The notes beneath the pieces are model-generated. The model was not told the DNA's origin. It made no database searches and saw only the letters and a list, made by a program, of their open reading frames with translations. A stretch of DNA of 61,468 nucleotides, counting the filler, from Basidiobolus ranarum (lineage: Eukaryota), in NCBI GenBank assembly GCA_040143965.1. It is 9 parts of 9 records of this genome, joined end to end, with 100 filler letters (N's around TTAATTAATTAA, not from the genome) between each part and the next. Parts side by side here need not be neighbours in the genome. Positions count along the whole stretch, not along the records: positions 1 to 6,758 come from JASJQH010001252.1; positions 6,859 to 13,608 come from JASJQH010001253.1; 7 more parts are not named here. One strand, written 5' to 3'. How positions within the stretch are numbered: the first letter of the stretch is position 1; every line of letters begins with the position of its first letter. The position numbers and the translations under genes are program-made. This document shows, piece by piece, positions 1 to 10,850 of this stretch.

Positions 1-4
1 TCAA

Positions 5-118
5 CTAAATATTCATATATCTTAATCCTAACTTAAATCTTAATTCTTCAAATTTTGGTTTTGGTAATGGTTTGGTAAGGATGTCAGCAATCATGTCCTC
101 AGTTGGACAGTACTCCAG
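5..118 (-). mobile_element. Ty1/copia RNase H C-terminal remnant (family B)
   Basis: Minus strand reads LEYCPTEDMIADILTKPLPKPKFEELRFKLGLRYMNI*, the copia ADxLTKPL terminus; similar to 29990-30110. Confidence 0.85.
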
Positions 119-1625
119 CAAGCTATCGTATGACCTTCGCAGGATCTTTCGCTGTAATTGATTGAAGTTATATAGGGATTATCCTTACTTGCATTAGTGG
201 AGGGGAAGTAGCCATGTTGGTGAAATATTTATTTGGAATGACAACCATTCTAAAAACAAAAAAAAGAAGCCAGCTGAGATGCTTAGAACTCAAGTAAATA
301 ATCTAGTTCGTTTTCTGTTTTGTGTCTGATATTAGTTTCAACTACATAAAGCGTATTTTTGGAAAACAGAAACTTAAACCGTTAAGGAGAATTTAACGTC
401 GTAGATGGCAATGGCTCATGTAGTCCATGACTGGAACCAAACAAAAAGGTAATTCCATGAGGAAGATGTGAAGCTTAAGCTTGAATACTGTGATCGAAAA
501 GTTTGTCGAGTCAATTAAGTCCTTCAGTGGTCAAGGGGGGTGTGGTATTCACGGGAAAAATATAAAAATCCTTGAAATTGTGGACCGCACCAAAGCAACA
601 GCCAGGTGCAGAATCTTTGACTGCTAAAGCTTGAAAGAAGAATACTAGCAGATAGGATCCAGAATAATATATGATCTTGCATTTAGCCGGGATATACTAT
701 TGCGCTTATAGGGGTTACGTAGACTTAGGTATTTAGAGATTTAATTTTGAATCGCACATAAAGTGTAGTTTATTTAAATATTCTTTTAAATAGATAATTA
801 ATATGTTTGAAGCACTCCGTTGTAATATTTAGAATGATACTACCAAGTCAAATAAAAAGCAAATTTTTCAGAGACGAGGGTTAGGGAGGAAGACAGTAAC
901 CCATACACTAGCGCTCATAACTGATTCACTTTTTTGCATACTTTTTTAGAATGACAGTGTCTTTATTCAATGTATTAACGTGATACTTGTCACACTGCCT
1001 AACCTGAGCCAAAATAACAGCCTTTCATGTTATGAAGGTGATTCTACCAATGGGGATACATAGAGTACTTTAAATTTTTATAATTACATTTATACCACAT
1101 GCTTGTGTGCTGCAATACAAACATATTTATTGGGCTTTTTCCACTTTAGTATTCAATGTTGGTAATAATATTTTAACGCTTTGTTTGATATAAAAATGGC
1201 ATGGGTTATTGATGGGTGATAATAAAGAGTAATAATAGATGTACTTCGCTTAGTCGTATTTCGCTTACTTGCTAGCTGAATTATATATAACGTCGCAGCC
1301 TACTCTATTGCAGATCATAAGCAAATCCCATAATTTAGAATATTACACTAATTCTCCATTTCTAGTAATACACTTGATTGAATGGTTCATTTTGGTAAGG
1401 CTGTGCTAAGGCTGTCATTGATATTGACATATTTATAACCCAAATACTCGGTAAGCTACATTAGAACAGTCGATAATTTAACAGATGATTAATCGTTTAT
1501 CACCAGCTCAGTATTACGCGCTTGATATAATCCTTTATGCTAGTATATATACTCTTGAGTGTCCGCATAGAAGCTTCACAACTATATATCGAGCACTTGA
1601 CTTACTTTTCACCTGGGTTGTGACT

Positions 1626-2291
1626 ATGAAATTGTGAATTGCAATTCCTTCGAGTATACTCTAGTTGTCGCAGAAGTGGAATGCAATCAGAACAATCAAT
1701 AGGTTACAGCCAAGATCAAACCTCTTCTGTTGAACAGCCAGTAAGCGTTGAGGCTCAATCTAAGCCAGTTCCCCTGCTCAAGTAATTATTTACTACCGTT
1801 ACCAGAAACCATGATAACTTGTACAATGCGAATATTCATAGGCAAGATAATTCTGACGTAAAGTATGAGTCCGATGCCAGCTTCGAAGTTGAAGGCAGTG
1901 GCGTAAATTCAAACCAGGTAGAAGTTGTGGATTTTGGGTCTAATGGTGATATCGATATTACACCAGGAGTGTACGAAATGTCATAGGGTTGTGAGGGTGG
2001 CATGGAAGTTTTTCCAACACCACTAGTAGCTGATTCTAACTCAGAAGACGCTTTACCGCCTCAAGCACCAGATTCAGAGTTAAATAATGAGATGCACAAG
2101 GAATAACTGATACAGGTCCTGCAGATGCTATACCTTTCAATCTACCTTCACAGTTAGCAAATACTCTTGGCCAGTCTTTACCCCAGCAAGCGTTACGTGT
2201 TCAGGTCCAAGGGAATTCGGCACAAGTAGGCTATGCTCTGTTAGATTTGAATCAGTTAGATCCAACTTTATATCAGCCCACAGCTTACTGA
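1626..2291 (+). pseudogene. Probable decayed gene for an acidic, low-complexity protein
   Basis: Coding-like stretches (MQSEQSIGYSQDQ...; QDNSDVKYESDASFEVEG...; TDTGPADAIPFNLPSQL...) are joined in frame across a GT..AG intron at 1782-1841, but carry in-frame stops and a frameshift. No family recognised. Confidence 0.35.
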
Positions 2292-2754
2292 AACAGAACG
2301 GCCTGTATTCAAAATATATCAATTATATAGTCTATCATTGAATATATAGTTAACGAATACGTAGGTTGTTGTTGATTATCGATCGGTCTAATAATCACAA
2401 AGCCAATGGTGAAAGAACTTAAAAAAGGGATGACAAAATGCGTTTATCTATTTGCTTGGTGGTAAGAAGAGTACCTATTAAATGGAGGATTTCATGACTC
2501 AAACCAATAATTAATTGGCTAAGGTAGAATATTCCATTTTGGGAATTCAGATATTTATCCATGCTGATCATCGGATAAATCTACCATATTTCTTGAATTA
2601 ATCCGCTCGAAGAATAAACGACAAGTACGTTATGATCAGAAACTGGAAAAACCAAGTATACGTAAGACTAGAGAAGCCTTTCCTGGTTGGTACTTTTATA
2701 GTCTTAGTCACGGAATGTGAAGACTCACGTAGTCACAACATTCAGTGCAGAAAG

Positions 2755-2761
2755 TATAAAT
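2755..2761 (+). promoter_or_regulatory. TATA box upstream of the ycaC-like gene
   Basis: TATAAAT 50 nt before the ATG at 2805; an AATAAA follows the stop near 3502. Confidence 0.5.
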
Positions 2762-2804
2762 ACCAGCCTTGTGTCCGGATATTCTGCAGATCAACTTCCC
2801 CATT

Positions 2805-3440
2805 ATGAGCAACCAACAAAGTTATAAGCGCCTTTCCGTAGACGATGCCATAGTCCTTCTTGTGGATCACCAGTCAGGCTTGATATCCCTAGTTCAAGAT
2901 TTCAGTCCTGATGAATTCAGAAACAATGTACTTGCACTAGCGGATGCTGCTAAGTTCTTCAAGTTGCCCACCATCCTTACGACTAGCTTTGAAAATGGTC
3001 CAAATGGTCTCATCATGCCAGAGTTGACAGAAATCTTCCCAGATGCTCCTTTCATCGCCAGACCGGGGCAGATCAATGCATGGGATAATGAAGACTTCGT
3101 CCAAGCCATCAAAAAAACTGGTCGTAAGCAGTTAATCATAGCCGGTGTGGTTACTGATGTATGCGTAGCATTCCCCACTCTCTCAGCGTTGAAGGAGGGC
3201 TATGAGGTATTTGTGGTAACCGACGCGTCAGGAACTTTTAACAAGACAGCTCGGGATGCTGCTTGGTCAAGAATGGAACAGGCTGGTGCTCAGTTGATGA
3301 ACTGGTTTGCAGTTTGCTGTGAACTACACCGTGACTGGAGAAATGATGCCGAAGGCTTAGCAGCAATCCTATCCAATCATCTGCCCGCTTACAAAAATCT
3401 TATTACCAGCTACAATGCAGTCCAATCCAAAAATAAATAG
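2805..3440 (+). CDS. ycaC: YcaC-like isochorismatase-family cysteine hydrolase, intronless
   Basis: VLLVDHQSGL, LPTILTTSFENGPNG, RPGQINAWDNEDF, IAGVVTDVCVAFP and CELHRDWRND follow E. coli YcaC along its length. The likely start is the ATG at 2805, not the TTG at 2769. Confidence 0.93.
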   Translation: MSNQQSYKRLSVDDAIVLLVDHQSGLISLVQDFSPDEFRNNVLALADAAKFFKLPTILTTSFENGPNGLIMPELTEIFPDAPFIARPGQINAWDNEDFVQAIKKTGRKQLIIAGVVTDVCVAFPTLSALKEGYEVFVVTDASGTFNKTARDAAWSRMEQAGAQLMNWFAVCCELHRDWRNDAEGLAAILSNHLPAYKNLITSYNAVQSKNK

Positions 3441-3574
3441 GGCCTGTACATCAAAATGGTTAAGTTTCAGCATCTTGTTTAACTTTTCCTTGTTTGTTTG
3501 GAATAAAAAAGTGCAATTCAACCATGATTTGATATTTTTACTTTTCTTCAAGCTAAGCTTAAGTACAGTGTGTA

Positions 3575-3598
3575 CTAACCTAACCCTAACCCTAACCC
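3575..3598 (+). repeat. Interstitial telomeric tract (CCCTAA)n
   Basis: CTAACC TAACCC TAACCC TAACCC read directly. Confidence 0.85.
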
Positions 3599-3767
3599 GC
3601 AGACCTCATTCCGAGTACTAGTGAAATATTCAGTTCAATGCTAGAGAACACCTACGAGTCAAATAATGGTATAATTTGATGTGGCATAAATGACGAGATA
3701 AAATTCCTAAGTGTACAGAAATACTCATACACCTACCGAGACTCACAATTCACTACGATTCATGACT

Positions 3768-3821
3768 CTGCTAAGATTTACGACTCTCATAAATCTACTG
3801 AGATTCACGATTCTCACAAGT
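3768..3821 (+). repeat. Degenerate 27-bp tandem repeat (2 copies, plus partial copies near 3733 and 3886)
   Basis: CTGCTAAGATTTACGACTCTCATAAAT / CTACTGAGATTCACGATTCTCACAAGT; GAGACTCAC recurs. Confidence 0.65.
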
Positions 3822-3911
3822 CTTCCATCACTCACATATCCGCCAAGTCTTTGGAAATTCCCAGAATATCAGGCCTACAGAGACTCACGTCCGGTAAGAG
3901 TGTACTTTTCC

Positions 3912-3929
3912 TTAGGGTTACGGTTAGGG
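3912..3929 (+). repeat. Interstitial telomeric tract (TTAGGG)n, inverted relative to 3575-3598
   Basis: TTAGGG TTACGG TTAGGG read directly. Confidence 0.75.
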
Positions 3930-5511
3930 ATATTGCTTGATAAATATCTCAATATTGTCTAGCAGTTAGTGTAGCCACACCAGTACAGGTTGTCTATCGT
4001 CAAGCATCGATTACAATCGCCGAATTTACTTTTTGTCTGTATCTGGGATATTTTGTAACTTTAAGTTGCGGCGCAAATTTACTTTTTTGATTTATTCTTC
4101 CCAACCGATATTACTCGTCAAGATCACGAAGAACTTTACAAGCATTTGGAGAGAAACTATTTGTCGAGAAATGGGATAACTCACGCGATATTACTACCTT
4201 CAGAATGGGGTTAATTTACCAGGCTTAAGTAAACCAAGATCATTGATGGAGGCACCCAATTCAACATCACTTCAAAATATGTTACTTCAGAATACTTGGA
4301 CATTTCAAAGAGTTTGATATCAACCCGGTTACTGGAAGCTAAAGTAGGAAATTCTGTATACTACCGAAAATATTACACAGTACCAAGTACAAAGGTTGTA
4401 TGAAGCTTCGGGTAGCAGTAAAGCTTTGGCTCACATGGAAGATCTAGCAATAGTTGAACTGACTTTAAGTAGAAGACTAGCATTGGGGTATTTACAAGAA
4501 GATGAACCCTGAGAAAGGAGGTTTCCAAGCGATAATCTAACGACTAATAGAATCATACCGAAAGTCAAAAATGCTCTCTAGAGTAACATGGTTCGATGCA
4601 GATACAGGGTTAGTATATATCAGATATTCCCCTCCGAATTTCGACAAGAATTTAAGCTACTCGATGGAAAAAGCGAAAAATAGCAAAAGGAAAAGGTGGA
4701 CTCAAAGTGGGTATATGTCGTGTGAAGCCATAGATATTGAGCGTTTATGATCAACAATTCATGGACAGTTCCTCCAAATAAATGTAGTTCAGCTTTTTTT
4801 CATTTACTGTTACTATCCCAATATCAACCTCACTTCGTGGTAGCTTACACATCAGACAGGAACATGTCGACCAAATTACACATGCTTCCTCATCAAGAGA
4901 GCATGTGTCGAATATCGCAGGCAAAAGGAAACCATTTGAGCTAGATTCCTCTTGATTGATTATAATCACTAATTGCATTGGTTAAGGTTAAATTATCTGC
5001 CATTACTCCCAAATTTTATGCCACTATTCCCTGAACAGATAGTCAGCAATTTATTAACCTCGAGTTACTGATTGATTAGGATATGAAGTCATGTCATCCT
5101 CATCCGAAGCAAAATTTTCTTAGTCAACGAGCCTCTCTCCCTTATAACCAAATTTAAATCTCGATAAACATCTGGTTTGGTTGCTAAGCCACTTTACTGC
5201 AGATTTCCATTCAACATTTGCCTCCTTGATTGTAGCATCTCCTAGTGATATGTATACACGAATGTCTAAAAGATGACTCTCACTGTAATTCTTATTTTCT
5301 CCGTAGTGAATGTTCCTCATTGTAGCACTCTTAAAGCATTTATCCAGAGTTTGTTGCAAATGGAGTTCTATCCAATAACCAACAGATCTTTTCAGCAACA
5401 CTTTACAATCAAAACCATCTATAGGTAAGAATGCCATAGCTCCTTGGCATTGTGGCAATATTGGCAATCATGTAAAGAGTCAATAGCAGAGTGTGTGCTT
5501 CATCACACGCA

Positions 5512-5910
5512 TCAAGGAGCTGCAGGCTGTGGAGCGATTTCCGAAAGGTCGACACGACGCCAGAGGTTTGTGGTGATCGTGCCTGGATGTAAGCTGTAGG
5601 CAGTCAATCCTTGACTCTTGTATCTATTGCTTAGCTCCTTGGCGAACAAGGTGCTAGCGGCCTTAGACTGACCGTAAGCGAGCCACTTCTTGTATGTCTT
5701 GCCATTGGAGAAATCTGGGTCCTCAAATAGCATTGGGGAAAGATAATGGCCAGCGCTGGATACGTTGACAACTCGCGGTTCTTTCGATGAAAGCAGCTTG
5801 GGTAAAATAAGTTGGGTAAAGTAGAATGGCCCGAGGTGATTGGTTCCAAATTGGCCTTCAAACCTATCTTTGGTTGTGAAGTATGGAGATGCCATCACAT
5901 TGGCATTGTT
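5512..5910 (-). pseudogene. Fragment of a WWOX/retinol-dehydrogenase-like short-chain dehydrogenase
   Basis: NNAxVMASP, FGTNHLGPF, RVVNVSS, YGQSK (YxxxK) and SLHPG are present. I found no N-terminal TGxxxGxG exon, and the usual C-terminal segment is missing. Confidence 0.75.
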
Positions 5911-6455
5911 GTCGGTGCTATATCATTAGATCATTGGCTGCGGATCCGGAAACGAATAGTCCGAAATGCCACTTGCTTAAGGACTTTGCTGATATGAAGT
6001 TTGCACTGTGCTTTAGTCAATGTTTATATCAAAATACGATATGACATGCACAACTATAACATTCAGATCTGCTAACTATATCACATAATCAAAGTCTTCA
6101 GCCTTAGGTAACCGATATTGTTACTACCCTTCAACATCGTGTTTTGCTGTGCAGATTTATAAATATACTATACTCTAACCACATTAGTACTAAATTACCA
6201 GGTGTCGTATCGCGGGTATAATATTATCCTTACTGGTATGGATTAAGGTTATGTAATAATTATTGGATACAAGTTGATGTGAGACAAGCACAGCATGTTT
6301 CTATGAATTTTGAATGCTCAGTTAACCCTTCGTATGCGGGCTCGACTTGATATTATGGTGGATATAAGTCTAGATTTATTGAGCAATTAATATGGTTTTG
6401 GATACAACACGTTCTCAACATTGTTGCAAGTGATGTAATACAGTCAGCATGTCAT

Positions 6456-6758
6456 CTAGCAGTCAATATCCTCAAAAGGATTCATGGTAAACGGAGCCTT
6501 GTAGCCATTTGCTGGCTTCATGGGAAGCGCCACACTACTGCGAAGTCCATTCTTAATCATATTTTCGGTAGCAGGGATGATTGTGTTATATTCAGATCCA
6601 GGGCCATATGGGATCATACATACGCGCTCTCCAACACATTTGGGTGCGCTATAAAAGCAGTAGATATCCTCAGTTGGCCAGTCAAGGGCAACGCCGCCAT
6701 TGTGCTCAACAGGGTCAATATTGGCACACTGATTAAACTCTGGATACATGATAGGGTA
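6456..6758 (-). CDS. 3' part of an unknown Cys/Pro-containing protein, cut by the contig end
   Basis: Frame is open from the contig edge (YPIMYPEFNQC...) to the stop at 6456; higher GC than the flanks; no family recognised. Confidence 0.5.
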   Translation of the reverse strand, partial: YPIMYPEFNQCANIDPVEHNGGVALDWPTEDIYCFYSAPKCVGERVCMIPYGPGSEYNTIIPATENMIKNGLRSSVALPMKPANGYKAPFTMNPFEDIDC

Positions 6759-6858
6759 NNNNNNNNNNNNNNNNNNNNNNNNNNNNNNNNNNNNNNNNNN
6801 NNTTAATTAATTAANNNNNNNNNNNNNNNNNNNNNNNNNNNNNNNNNNNNNNNNNNNN
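6759..6858. other. Artificial contig spacer N44-TTAATTAATTAA-N44 (also at 13609-13708, 20453-20552, 27297-27396, 34140-34239, 40982-41081, 47818-47917, 54645-54744)
   Basis: Identical 100-nt linker with stops in all six frames occurs eight times, separating contigs of decreasing length. Confidence 0.99.
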
Positions 6859-7272
<414 letters not shown>

Positions 7273-9021
7273 TTAGCTCTCATCAATAATAATCAGTACC
7301 CAACATGGATATTTGGGGATAGAAATGAAAATCTTGAATATAAACACGATCTAGACTTGAAAGTCTGGAATTAATTCGTCGACATAAACAAAATGCTCGG
7401 CACGTCTCGAATTTACTAAATTTCCTATTGTAATCAAGCCAATCGAGTTGGTTATCGTAAACTTATTCGGCTATATCCTTATTGTAACCATTAAATTGAA
7501 ATTGGATTCTTAGATATAGAGCAAGTAAGGGTGCGTGAATATTAGTATAAGATATGTATCATTTGTCTGTAGGCACTCTAACTAATGGCATATTTAGATT
7601 AACAGTGGATATACTACTATCTAAGAGATACCAATCAATGAAATATAGTTCTTGATATTTGTAACATAAACGGATTCAAATAACCGAATATAAATTATAA
7701 ATTAATCAACTTCAAAGAATCGATTAATCTTCAAGAGATTGTTTCTAGAAATTCGTCAAATAGAATGATAAGTTAACCTTGGGTAAATTTTGAATGTTGC
7801 GGAAAGGCGTTAAAAGTGATTGTTGTGATCATTGGTGTTGTAAACGGTTATACCTTCACGGAGATTGTATTCTAACCGGAACATCGAAGTCAGATACTTC
7901 TTTCCTTTGGAAGGAGTAGAAATATATGTATTAACGCTTTTACTCGCACTAAACTATAGACATAGACCAAGGAATAAATTCGATAGAAAAGTGACCAAAG
8001 CTTTATCTACAGCAACTTATGTAGATGAATCCGGCGTACAACTTCTTGATATTGAGGTTGAGAACGAGCAATCTCGACTCTCTAGCTAGTGAGCATAATA
8101 CAATATGTGAATATTTAGTAAAAAACTACTCATAAACAGATAATTTTTAACCGCTATATACACTCACTTTATGCAAAGAAGCGGGCTAATAGCTTATGAC
8201 TAAATCAATCACTTATCCAATGTCTAAAGGCAAAGGTTGTCATTTCCAGATATTAATATCAGAGATCTACAACTCTGCCAGATCTATGAGAGAAGCTTAA
8301 ACCTAACTTGGATCAAGTACTTCAATGCACATTATTGGCCGGCATTAAGCAAAAGAAAGTAATAATTATAGGCACCAATTCAACAATTTACAATACCTGA
8401 ATTAAATTAAACTGTGGCGCTATATCGTTCATCCCCTTTAGTGTGACAAATATGGTCAAAGTGATCGGCCTCAGCCCAATCAAATCTTTGAATCGTATAA
8501 ATAGATGAAATACGAAGTCACATCATTGGCGCAAGATAGTCAAGTAACCGTTACCTTTTTAACTTACTCACCATACTATATTGGCACCTTGAGAACAGTG
8601 CTAAATTTTCATCGTAGATATATGAATAACACTGCCATTCCTATGTAATATGAGGAGGTTGTTCCGCTTGCATTTTAACAGGTAGTATAGCTACTTATCA
8701 GCAGCGATCAGATGTCTCATATTAATAATTCTCGCGTACTAATGATTTGACATCTTGTCTAGTGGTTTGGAAAGAGTGGGCGTCAAATATGTCAGGTAAT
8801 TAAATACTCAAGAAAATGATTTGGCAATCATCACATCATATTCGCTATCCAATTGTTGACAGATGAAACTTACAGTTGGCGATCATATATGCCCTTCATA
8901 AACAATCTCCTTCGAAGCTGTCCGCTTGGTACCTCAGGAAGCATATAAATAAGTTTGAATATCTTCTCCTACAAAACAGACCAGTATCTACAACACTCCT
9001 ATACTCAGTTTACAACTCAAG

Positions 9022-9285
9022 ATGTTCCAAATTACCAACCTTTGCACTGCCCTCGTCGGTCTTCTTCTTTGGAGCCCAGTTAAGGGGCAAAGCAGCATCA
9101 CTATTGGTGTGCTTCCTACCGGAAATCCTGCAACCAATACTGTCACAGCAATATTTACGACAGTGTTCTCTCCAGTCACTTCCTACACCTACACTACGTC
9201 TTTTACCACTCTTCCGCCTTCTGTGGTGACCAGCACTAGAGTTATTCCCGCTACTACCATGGTTGACCCTCCTCATTCTGGCTAG
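9022..9285 (+). CDS. Small secreted Thr/Ser/Pro-rich protein (87 aa)
   Basis: Signal-peptide-like N-terminus (MFQITNLCTALVGLLLWSPVKG) and a Thr-rich body; TATAAAT near 8944, AATAAA near 9335. Confidence 0.65.
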   Translation: MFQITNLCTALVGLLLWSPVKGQSSITIGVLPTGNPATNTVTAIFTTVFSPVTSYTYTTSFTTLPPSVVTSTRVIPATTMVDPPHSG

Positions 9286-9810
9286 TTGTTATGGATGATT
9301 AGTATCTGTTGGCCATTATGGTATGATTATTCAAAATAAAGTTTTCAACGTTCAATCTACATCCAGTATTTTCCAAAATTGGCAAGTATTTCGGAGGATT
9401 ATTATGTTTTACCTATTTTATCAAGTGTGATGGTATCTGGTTTAAATAATCAAGGACTGATTTTCTTATCAGAATGCATTCTGAAATACTGGATATGAGT
9501 GTAAATAATTGTTACTCCCAGTATGGACTTCACCACTATGATTGCACTCCTCAAAGTTAACCAGTTTCTGGTTTTATTGATCTGCCACACTAACAGTGAA
9601 TGGGTATACTTCTTAAACTGATATTTTACAAATTAGGATGATTTTCATCTACATTATATATAATATATCTTATATATCTATAAAGATCGATGTATTGAGA
9701 TATTCCTCACAACCATTTTTCTGGTAATTTTGATATTCCAGAAGTGTTTTATAGTTACTTCAAAAAGCTCTTAATATTACAAGTAATGCGAAATTTCTGA
9801 ATTCAGCAAA

Positions 9811-9883
9811 GGCCCTGTAGCTCAGTGGAAAGAGTGTCTCCCTCCGGAGGAGAAAGTCGTGGGTTCGACCCCCACCCGGGTCG
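9811..9883 (+). tRNA. tRNA-Arg(CCG), intronless
   Basis: 73-nt cloverleaf: acceptor GGCCCTG/CCGGGTC, D stem GCTC/GAGT, anticodon stem TCTCC/GGAGA with loop CT-CCG-GA (anticodon 9844-9846), T arm GTGGG-TTCGACC-CCCAC. A T5 Pol III terminator follows at 9890-9894. Confidence 0.93.
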
Positions 9884-10850
9884 AAATAGTTTTTCATCTG
9901 AAAACATTTGGTTTAGATATTGACTCAAAATAGCTTTTTAAATTGATTTCAGATCTATTATGATGTTGAGAATGAGCCGGATCAATTATTCATATGATGA
10001 GTGAAGAACTATTGTATTTTTCATATTTACAGATTGGTGACGTGAATTCTAATGCTTCCAGTCTAGCCTATTCCAACTCAAGATAATGTAAATACAAATT
10101 CCGAAATTGGGTATTTTAGTATGATCCCTCCCTTCTCTAACATTCAAGGATTTTTCTTGCATATCAGCTGATTCTGTTTACGTGTCTTGGCTAACAGTAG
10201 GGGTTGGAGGTAACACCAATGGCGCGTATTATTTATTTAGCCAACGTTTTTCTAAGCTACGTAAGTTGATGAAAAAACCCCATAGAATATGGCTAATGTT
10301 GGACAAGGATTGAAATTACGAACCACAGGTAAGAGCACAGATGTAGCTTAGGTCCGGCACCAAATCTGATCCATACGAGTAGAAGTCCCACGTTCCACCA
10401 AAGCTACCAAAACTAGCCAATTCATACAATGGAAATCAGACCAATTGATTTCATATTAGAGTCCATAAGAAACCAAGCAGAAGAAAGGAATTAGTTGCGG
10501 GAACATCAAATCAAAAATCTTCCATTTAAATTTACAAAGAGTTTCCATTGGATAGGCAGAAAAGGATGCTTCATTACCGATAATTAGTCAATTTTCCAAT
10601 GGCCACCGTTGAAATATAAAGTTTGAATAGAATAGTCTTTAAAAGTATTTATATAGTGTACAATCAATGTTAAATTAAAACTACGCGTGTATATTGTAGA
10701 AGCCTCATGCTGAAGGAATTGTTGAGGTAGTTGCTTTAAAAGAAATAGCTCTAATGCTCAATGAGATTAAGAAAAGAAAGTCTATTGATGTTTAACTTGC
10801 TTAATGAAGCCAATATGGTATAAGAGGATAAGGATATGGATATGGACTCT

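Noticed and set aside
3575-3598. Telomerase RNA template
   Set aside because: Templates are typically about 1.5 repeats; this has about 4 plus an inverted partner, and I see no supporting structure.
3733-3900. CRISPR-like array
   Set aside because: The repeats are degenerate and adjacent with no unique spacers; the context is eukaryotic with no cas genes.
6803-6814. TTAATTAATTAA recurring about every 6.8 kb as a biological periodic motif
   Set aside because: It is always centred in N runs and is a synthetic six-frame stop linker.
9811-9883. tRNA as a suppressor or TCC-anticodon Gly tRNA
   Set aside because: Stem pairing fixes the 7-nt loop as CTCCGGA with anticodon CCG, and A20 fits Arg identity.
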